The position numbers and the translations under genes are program-made. The notes under the pieces are model-generated. The model searched no databases. It was given only the letters and a program-made list of their open reading frames with translations, and had not been told where the DNA came from. A stretch of 24,000 bases of DNA, taken from assembly GCA_024640305.1 (NCBI GenBank), contig JAHEFG010000001.1, positions 203,476-227,475 of the forward strand, given 5' to 3'. The stretch comes from Gammaproteobacteria bacterium (GTDB taxonomy: Bacteria > Pseudomonadota > Gammaproteobacteria > Steroidobacterales > Woeseiaceae). Shown in pieces: positions 1 to 5,840 of the stretch (position 1 is its first letter; each line of letters opens with the position of its first letter).

Positions 1-72
1 CAAGGCGCAGAAACTGCTCGTCAGGGCAACCGGGTTGGTGCTCCTTGTTCACTTGATACGGACTGATTTGCC

Positions 73-1662
73 ATGCTTCGAATTCGCCTGTCCCTGCTGC
101 TCGTCCTCTTCGTTTTTTGCCTTTCTGCTTGTGACAACCACAATGCAGTGCCCGAGGTTGCAGAATCTCCGGCGACCGAAGACGAGATCGTAACCCTGCT
201 CTTCACCAATGATGTCGAAAGTGCCTACGACCCGATCCCGGCGTTTTGGCTGGACGATATTTCAATGATCGGAGGGATTGCTGAAATAACAACCCTGATC
301 GAGTCTTTGCGCGAATCCGAACCAAACGTATTTCTGTTTGATTCAGGTGATATTTTCACGGGCGCGCTGGCGAAGCTCACGCTGGGTAAACTCGCTTTCG
401 AACTCATGATTACGATGGGCTACGACGCCATGGCTATCGGCAATCACGAATTCGAGTATGGCCACAGGATTTTTGCGTGGGAGAAGAACAGAGCGCCGTT
501 TCCGGTTCTCGGCGCCAACTTCTTCTACAAAGATACTGACCACCCCTACGCCCAGGCGCATGCGATTATCGAGCGCAATGGCCTGCGCATCGGCGTAATC
601 GGAATCATGGGCCAGGACGCCGTCTCCGCCATCATTCCGTCTTACATCGCCCCACTGGATGTCCGCGATCCGGCTGAGGCGGTTCGCAGGTCGGTTGCCG
701 AATTGCGAAACGAGGTGGATCTTATTGTCCTGCTTACACACCAGGGCAAGACTGCACCGATGCAAACCGACGCGGAATCGGACCCCAGACTACAGCGAGA
801 TATCGACGCTGATATCGCACTCGCGGGCGCTGTCGAAGGCATTGACGTCCTCTTCGCGGGACATGCCGATGCGGGAACACCAGAGCCGCTCGTTCACCCC
901 GAAACCGGAACGCTGATAATGCAGACATATGGGCAGGCAACGCATCTCGGCTATCTGCAACTCAGGCTGGACCGCGAGACCGGCGCCATTACAAGTTACG
1001 ACGGCAAACTGATCCCGGTCGAATCCTCGAAACTTGAGCCGGACCCGAGAATACTCGCCAAGTTAGAGCACTATCGGGACGAGAACGGAGAGATCATGGC
1101 GAAAGTGGGCGCAACAGAAGCCGCCATGATTCGCCGCTACATCGAGGAGTCGGATATCGGCAACCTGTTTGCCGATATTTTCGTGGAAGTCAGTGGTGCT
1201 GATATTGGGTTTGTGCATGGCGGCAGCCTGCGCAAGGACTTACCCAAAGGCGAAATTCGTCTCGTGGATATTCTCGACTCTTACCCGTTTGTCGACGATG
1301 TAAATGTGAAAGAAATGACTGGTGCGCAGATTCGACGCGCGCTGGAACAGTCGCTGACATTCGAGCGCGGGATGCTGCAACTATCGGGACTCGAGATGAT
1401 CTATGACCTGGATCAGCCCAGGTACAATCGGATTGTGTCGCTCAAGCGGAATGGTCAGCCGGTTGCTGATAGCGATCGCTTTACCGTAGCCGCGCCAGGG
1501 TTCCTGACCGAAGGTGGCGACCTTTACGACTCCTTTCCCGAATCTGAAGTGATGCAAAGTTTCGGCAAGGTTTCTGACGTCGTCATCGAACACTTTCGCA
1601 ATCGGGAAGTTGTCAGTCTGCCCAAACGCGGCCGGCAGCAAGAAACCGTAAAAAACCAGTAG
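73..1662 (+). CDS. Lipoprotein 5'-nucleotidase / metallophosphoesterase (UshA/CD73 family: calcineurin-like phosphoesterase domain plus 5'-nucleotidase C-terminal domain)
   Basis: ATG at 73. N-terminal signal peptide with a lipobox (LLLVLFVFCLSAC|DNH). Metallophosphatase motifs are present: SGDIFTG, GNHEFEYG, LLTHQG, FAGHAD. A C-terminal substrate-binding domain follows (GFVHGGSLRKDLP, FTVAAPGFLTEGGDLY). Motif I reads TNDVES, with Glu where the usual DxH His sits. Only 11 bp separate it from the next gene. Confidence 0.85.
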   Translation: MLRIRLSLLLVLFVFCLSACDNHNAVPEVAESPATEDEIVTLLFTNDVESAYDPIPAFWLDDISMIGGIAEITTLIESLRESEPNVFLFDSGDIFTGALAKLTLGKLAFELMITMGYDAMAIGNHEFEYGHRIFAWEKNRAPFPVLGANFFYKDTDHPYAQAHAIIERNGLRIGVIGIMGQDAVSAIIPSYIAPLDVRDPAEAVRRSVAELRNEVDLIVLLTHQGKTAPMQTDAESDPRLQRDIDADIALAGAVEGIDVLFAGHADAGTPEPLVHPETGTLIMQTYGQATHLGYLQLRLDRETGAITSYDGKLIPVESSKLEPDPRILAKLEHYRDENGEIMAKVGATEAAMIRRYIEESDIGNLFADIFVEVSGADIGFVHGGSLRKDLPKGEIRLVDILDSYPFVDDVNVKEMTGAQIRRALEQSLTFERGMLQLSGLEMIYDLDQPRYNRIVSLKRNGQPVADSDRFTVAAPGFLTEGGDLYDSFPESEVMQSFGKVSDVVIEHFRNREVVSLPKRGRQQETVKNQ

Positions 1663-1673
1663 CGAGAATTCTC

Positions 1674-2822
1674 ATGGCGGCGGGCGAACTCGAAATTCAG
1701 GCGGCAGTTGCGCGCAGCAGCGCTGAACCTTTTGTTACCGAGAAACTGTACTTGAAGGCCCCTGCGGCCAACGAAATACGGGTAAAGATCGTAGCTACGA
1801 GCGTGTGTCACACCGACTTAATGACCAAGGGCGAAGCGCTTTGTGAGTTTCCGATTGTTCTTGGCCACGAGGGTGCAGGAGTTGTCGATGCGCTGGGCGA
1901 TGAGGTCACGGAGTTTGATGTCGGGGATCATGTTGTCCTGAGTTACGATTATTGCGGTCGGTGTCGGCAGTGTAAAAATCACAAACCGTCATACTGTGAC
2001 AACCACGGCAGCTTGAATTTCGCCGGCACCCGAGCCAACGGGGACAAAACGCACCGTAGTCCGGATAGTGACGCAGCGGACGTGTTTGGCTCTTTCTTCC
2101 AGCAGTCATCATTCGCAACGTATGCGCTGAGCAATACCAGCAACACGATCAAGGTAGACAAGTCCCTGCCCTTGCCGTTGCTGGCACCGCTGGGCTGCGG
2201 TGTGCAGACCGGTGCTGGCACGGTCCTGAATACACTCCAGGTGCAGCCGGATACCAGTATCGTTGTGTTCGGCTGCGGCTGCGTTGGTCTTTCGGCGATT
2301 ATGGCCGCGAAAGTGGCTGGCGCGAAAAACATCGTGGCGGTGGATGTGAATCCGGCTCGCCTGCAAATGGCTCTCGATCTGGGTGCCAGCCACGCTCTCG
2401 CCCCTGGCGATTTTGCCGAGCCTGGATCAATCGTCGAGCATGTGAAGTCCATTTCGCAAGGCAACGGCTGCCAATACGCAATCGATACTACGGGTGCGCC
2501 CAGCATTCTCCGGCAGGCTTTCGATTGTTGTGGGCCGCTCGGTGTAACGGCGATGATTGCGCCAGGCGTGCCCGGTACGGAAGTCAGTATCGAGATGCTC
2601 GGCTTGCTGCCCGGCAAGTCGCTGCGCGGCGTTATACAAGGCGACTCAGTTTCCAAAACGTTCATACCCAAGCTCATTGAGCTATGGCAGGACGGACGGT
2701 TTCCTTTCGACAGGATGCTTACAAAATTTGCATCGATCGACAGCATTGAAGATGTCGCACAGGCAATGGGTCGCGGCGAGGTTATCAAGCCCGTCGTGAT
2801 TCTGGATCCCGAATTTGACTAA
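1674..2822 (+). CDS. Zn-dependent aryl-alcohol (benzyl-alcohol) dehydrogenase-like, XylB-type medium-chain dehydrogenase
   Basis: ATG at 1674. Motifs CHTDL, GHEGAGVV, the structural-zinc Cys cluster YCGRCRQCKNHKPSYC, FFQQSSFATYAL, PLGCGVQTGAGTV, and the Rossmann motif VVFGCGCVGLSAIMAA. It aligns along its whole length with my recollection of Pseudomonas XylB. Confidence 0.85.
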   Translation: MAAGELEIQAAVARSSAEPFVTEKLYLKAPAANEIRVKIVATSVCHTDLMTKGEALCEFPIVLGHEGAGVVDALGDEVTEFDVGDHVVLSYDYCGRCRQCKNHKPSYCDNHGSLNFAGTRANGDKTHRSPDSDAADVFGSFFQQSSFATYALSNTSNTIKVDKSLPLPLLAPLGCGVQTGAGTVLNTLQVQPDTSIVVFGCGCVGLSAIMAAKVAGAKNIVAVDVNPARLQMALDLGASHALAPGDFAEPGSIVEHVKSISQGNGCQYAIDTTGAPSILRQAFDCCGPLGVTAMIAPGVPGTEVSIEMLGLLPGKSLRGVIQGDSVSKTFIPKLIELWQDGRFPFDRMLTKFASIDSIEDVAQAMGRGEVIKPVVILDPEFD

Positions 2823-2826
2823 CTAC

Positions 2827-4275
2827 ATGAAACTAAATAACAAAGATCTGTTGCTGACCCATGGCTGGATCAACGCAGCGGAGGTTCGCTCGAAGCGACA
2901 ATTCGCTGTCGTGGATCCCGCCACGCGCACAGAAATCGCAATGGTCAGCGACCTTGACGCAACGCACGCTCAGCAAGCAATCGCCGCGGCAACCGCCGCC
3001 TATAGCGACTGGAAAACCGTGCCGTTGCAGGAACGGGTCGATACCGTTCTGCGCTGGGCGGAGCTGATTGAGGAAAATGCCGAAGACCTGGGCGTAATCA
3101 TTTCTGCGGAGAGTGGTAAGCCGCTGCGCGAGGCAAGTGGTGAATCGCTTCAATGCGCTGCGTTGTTACGTTGGTACGCCGACGAAATACAACGGTGGAA
3201 AGAAGACACCAGTCGCGCGCCGATCTCAGGTCAACAGAACTATACGATCAGGCAGCCCATCGGTGTTGTTGCCTGTATTACGCCGTGGAATTTTCCGGCC
3301 GCTGCGGTAATGGTGAAGGCCGGTGCCGCCATCCTTGCTGGCTGCACGACCATAATCAAACCATCCGACCTGACCCCACTTGTCGCCCTGGCATTGGCGC
3401 GCCTGTCTGCTGCCGCAAACCTGCCTGCCGGCGTTTTCAACGTGCTGCCCTGCGAAAACCCGACGCAGATCGGCGACGAGATTTGCAGGAACCCGAATGT
3501 GCGAATGCTTTCTTTTACCGGATCGACCCGCGTGGGCAAGTCCCTTTATAGCGCTTGCGGCGCTACCGTAAAGCGCCTCGCACTGGAATTGGGAGGCAAT
3601 GCGCCGTTCATAATTTTTGATGACGCTGATCTGGACCTGGCGATTGATGGTGCGCTTGGGGCCCGCTTTTATAACAGCGGCCAAATCTGCGTCGGCGCCA
3701 ATCGCTATTTTGTACACAGCAACATCTACGCGACGTTTGCAAGCCGGCTCGCAGAGCGTGTTAACGCGATGAAAGTTGGCAGCGGTTTCGACCCGTCGAG
3801 TGATATTGGCCCGATGATCAACCAGGCCGCGGTAGACCGGTTGACACATGTCATTGAAAGCGCGAGGGAAATGGGTGCCAAAGTACTTGCCGGCGGTGGT
3901 CAGGATGATGCGGCGACACTGTATTTCCAACCCACCGTATTGAGCGACATGACTCCCGACATGCCGGCTTATACGATCGAGATCTTTGGTCCTGTAGCCT
4001 GCCTTTACAAATTCGAAAGCGAAGATCAGGTCGTGACGCTTGCCAATGACACTGAGGCCGGCCTGGCCGCGTACGTCTACTCGCGCGATGCCAGCCGCCT
4101 CGCAAGAGTTAGCGAGGCGTTGGAGGCTGGTGTTGTCGGCGCGAACTCATGCGCAATCTTTTCCAACGACTTGCCGTTCGGCGGCATAAAGCAATCCGGC
4201 CTCGGCCGCGAGCATGGCTCCCAGGGGCTTGAGGAATACATCGAAACGAAAAGTATCTGCAAGGTGTCGCAATGA
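2827..4275 (+). CDS. NAD(P)+-dependent aldehyde dehydrogenase, succinate-semialdehyde dehydrogenase (GabD)-like
   Basis: The ORF track opens at TTG 2815, but ATG 2827 gives MKLNNKDLL..., matching the MKLN start of E. coli GabD. Motifs ITPWNFPAA, the catalytic Glu in LELGGNAPFIIFDDADLD, the catalytic Cys in NSGQICVGANR, and FGGIKQSGLGREHG. Its stop overlaps the next start (ATGA at 4272-4275). Confidence 0.85.
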   Translation: MKLNNKDLLLTHGWINAAEVRSKRQFAVVDPATRTEIAMVSDLDATHAQQAIAAATAAYSDWKTVPLQERVDTVLRWAELIEENAEDLGVIISAESGKPLREASGESLQCAALLRWYADEIQRWKEDTSRAPISGQQNYTIRQPIGVVACITPWNFPAAAVMVKAGAAILAGCTTIIKPSDLTPLVALALARLSAAANLPAGVFNVLPCENPTQIGDEICRNPNVRMLSFTGSTRVGKSLYSACGATVKRLALELGGNAPFIIFDDADLDLAIDGALGARFYNSGQICVGANRYFVHSNIYATFASRLAERVNAMKVGSGFDPSSDIGPMINQAAVDRLTHVIESAREMGAKVLAGGGQDDAATLYFQPTVLSDMTPDMPAYTIEIFGPVACLYKFESEDQVVTLANDTEAGLAAYVYSRDASRLARVSEALEAGVVGANSCAIFSNDLPFGGIKQSGLGREHGSQGLEEYIETKSICKVSQ

Positions 4276-4844
4276 CGATGGAACAGCAAAGCTGTCGCTC
4301 AGCCTGGATGCACATGAGTGCGGCCAGCAAGGGGCAACAAGTACGCAATTTCGTCCAGCTATTGGATATGAGCGACTACCTGGTCGAGACAGAGCTCTTT
4401 CCCAGGGAGGTGCTGGAGGCGTACAGCGCATTCAATATGGAAAAGGAAATTACCGCCGAGCATGCGCAGTATGTGAACGAGCAGCGGGGCGGCTCACAGG
4501 GCGATTATCGCGAAGGCATGGCGCGCAAGGTTGCAAACGTGGTGGATTGCCTGGTCCGCTATCCGCAATCAAAACGCGCGGTGATTACTGTTTGTAACGA
4601 GCCTATGCCTGACCACAGCGATGATACAAATGCCAAGTGCCTCCGCGAACTGCACCTCTACCTGGACGAGGAGAACAAGCTAAGCGGTACTGTGTTCTTC
4701 CGGGCTCAGGCAGCTTTTCTGTTTCCGAAAAATATTCACCTGGTCGGTTCGATAATGTCGGAGATAGCCCGACAGCTACCGCAACAACCGGCTTTGGGGA
4801 GCCTGTTCTACCTGGCAACGGTACTGGTGGCGGATCGAAGCTAG
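4272..4844 (+). CDS. Truncated thymidylate synthase / dCMP-hydroxymethylase-fold protein, function unknown
   Basis: By eye, residues 97-170 align to the ThyA catalytic core. YPQSKRAVITVCNE matches DPDSRRIIVSAWN. AKCLRELHLYLDEENKLSGTVFFRAQAAFL-FPKNIHLVGSIM matches [40 protein letters not shown]. The nucleophile Cys (C123, nt 4638-4640), the YQR Arg and the PFN Asn are retained. The GDTHLY segment, about 55 C-terminal residues and much of the N-terminal folate-binding region are missing (190 aa against about 264). It is translationally coupled to the upstream ALDH. Confidence 0.5.
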   Translation: MTMEQQSCRSAWMHMSAASKGQQVRNFVQLLDMSDYLVETELFPREVLEAYSAFNMEKEITAEHAQYVNEQRGGSQGDYREGMARKVANVVDCLVRYPQSKRAVITVCNEPMPDHSDDTNAKCLRELHLYLDEENKLSGTVFFRAQAAFLFPKNIHLVGSIMSEIARQLPQQPALGSLFYLATVLVADRS

Positions 4845-4860
4845 GCTGTACGAGCCACCG

Positions 4861-5790
4861 TCAAACTCTCTCCTCGACACCATTCAGGTCGCACATAGCG
4901 CCTAATGCGATACTGATGGCGCTCTCTATGCTGGCCGTGTAATCGAGAATTGCTGTGCTGGCTGTCGGTTTGCTGATGATGGGACATATGGTGCCAACCA
5001 GGCAGCCTAAATGGCCGGCAACATGAAACAGTAAGCTTGACTCCATTTCCATATTGACGACTCTTTGTTCCTGTACCCGCAGAGCAGAGAGCTGTGTCTT
5101 GATGGACGGGATTGTATTCGCAAGCCCCTCTATGTATCGACTGGACGGCCCGTAGAAACCCGGTGTCGCTGCAGTGATCCCGGTAACGTAATCGACATTC
5201 AGAAATTTCGCGCGTTCAACCAGTGCGGCCGCTACGCCCGGCGAGGCCTTGGAGGCATAAGGGATTATTTTGCTTCTAAACCTGGAGCCCTCCGCCGTTG
5301 AGTTCACAAGTATCTCAAATGCTTGCTGCTCAATTTCAGTGACGACCTGGTCCGCTGGCGGATGGTCGTAGTATAAACCGGCATTATCCAGGCCCAACGC
5401 ATAAGTCGATATCGCCATCGTTCCGGGTTCGATATTTTCCTGGGTTCCTGCGGAGGTTCCGATGCGGATAAATTTCAGCGGCGCTGTTCCCGACTGATAC
5501 TCGCTACTGTCAAGATCGAAGGCATGCACCGCGTATGCCTCCACCAGCGCGATTTCGACGTTATCGACTCCGATGCCGGTGCCAATAACAGAAACCGGCA
5601 CGCCCTTGTAACTACCTGTAAAAGTGACGTATTCGCGGTGTCTTACTTCGGCACTCACAGTATCGAAGCGCTTCGCCACCCGCACCGCCCGAGCCGGGTC
5701 GCCCACCAGGAAAACATTTGCAGCCAGCTGCCCCCTGGTCAGACCAAGATGCAAAACCTTGCCGTCAATGACTACGATCTCTGATTTCAT
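4861..5790 (-). CDS. Nucleoside phosphorylase, uridine phosphorylase (Udp)-like (PNP_UDP_1 family), long variant
   Basis: ATG at 5790. LHLGLTRGQLAANVFLVGDPARAVRVAKRFD, HREYVTFTGSYKGVPVSVIGTGIG, FIRIGTSAGTQ and NMEMESSLL correspond to E. coli Udp FHLGLTKNDL..VPGDPDRV, HREFTTW..GKPVIVCSTGIG, FLRIGTTGAIQ and NYEMESATL. At 309 aa against about 253, it carries two insertions. It is convergent with the TS-fold gene, 16 bp apart. Confidence 0.8.
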   Translation of the reverse strand: MKSEIVVIDGKVLHLGLTRGQLAANVFLVGDPARAVRVAKRFDTVSAEVRHREYVTFTGSYKGVPVSVIGTGIGVDNVEIALVEAYAVHAFDLDSSEYQSGTAPLKFIRIGTSAGTQENIEPGTMAISTYALGLDNAGLYYDHPPADQVVTEIEQQAFEILVNSTAEGSRFRSKIIPYASKASPGVAAALVERAKFLNVDYVTGITAATPGFYGPSSRYIEGLANTIPSIKTQLSALRVQEQRVVNMEMESSLLFHVAGHLGCLVGTICPIISKPTASTAILDYTASIESAISIALGAMCDLNGVEERV

Positions 5791-5840
5791 ACTAAAAATA
5801 CCCGGCCAGTAAGAAATATGTTAATGAAGATTATTACACT
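5791..5840. promoter_or_regulatory. Short AT-rich divergent intergenic region between the Udp-like gene and the kinase-Qng1 fusion gene
   Basis: Only 50 bp separate the two divergent start codons, and this is the most AT-rich stretch in the island (ACTAAAAATACCCGGCCAGTAAGAAATATGTTAATGAAGATTATTACACT). It must hold, or overlap, both promoters. No confident -35/-10 assignment was possible. Confidence 0.35.

Noticed and set aside
1979-2788. A 269-aa minus-strand ORF antisense to the alcohol dehydrogenase gene. Similar long antisense ORFs occur at 3226-3930, 8233-9162, 12862-13563, 13594-14265 and 15262-15792.
   Set aside because: Each lies entirely inside a confidently identified gene on the other strand. 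Their compositions are Arg/Ala/Ser/Pro-rich and low-complexity, with no motifs. These are typical shadow ORFs of moderately GC-rich coding DNA.
5819-5838. TGTTAATGAAGATTATTACA in the udp-like/fusion divergent region, considered as a DeoR-type operator (consensus TGTTAGAA-TTCTAACA).
   Set aside because: Only the outer TGT...ACA and some inner A/T positions match. The spacing is 4 nt longer than the 16-bp DeoR palindrome and the symmetry is imperfect. In an AT-rich 50-bp stretch this could arise by chance.
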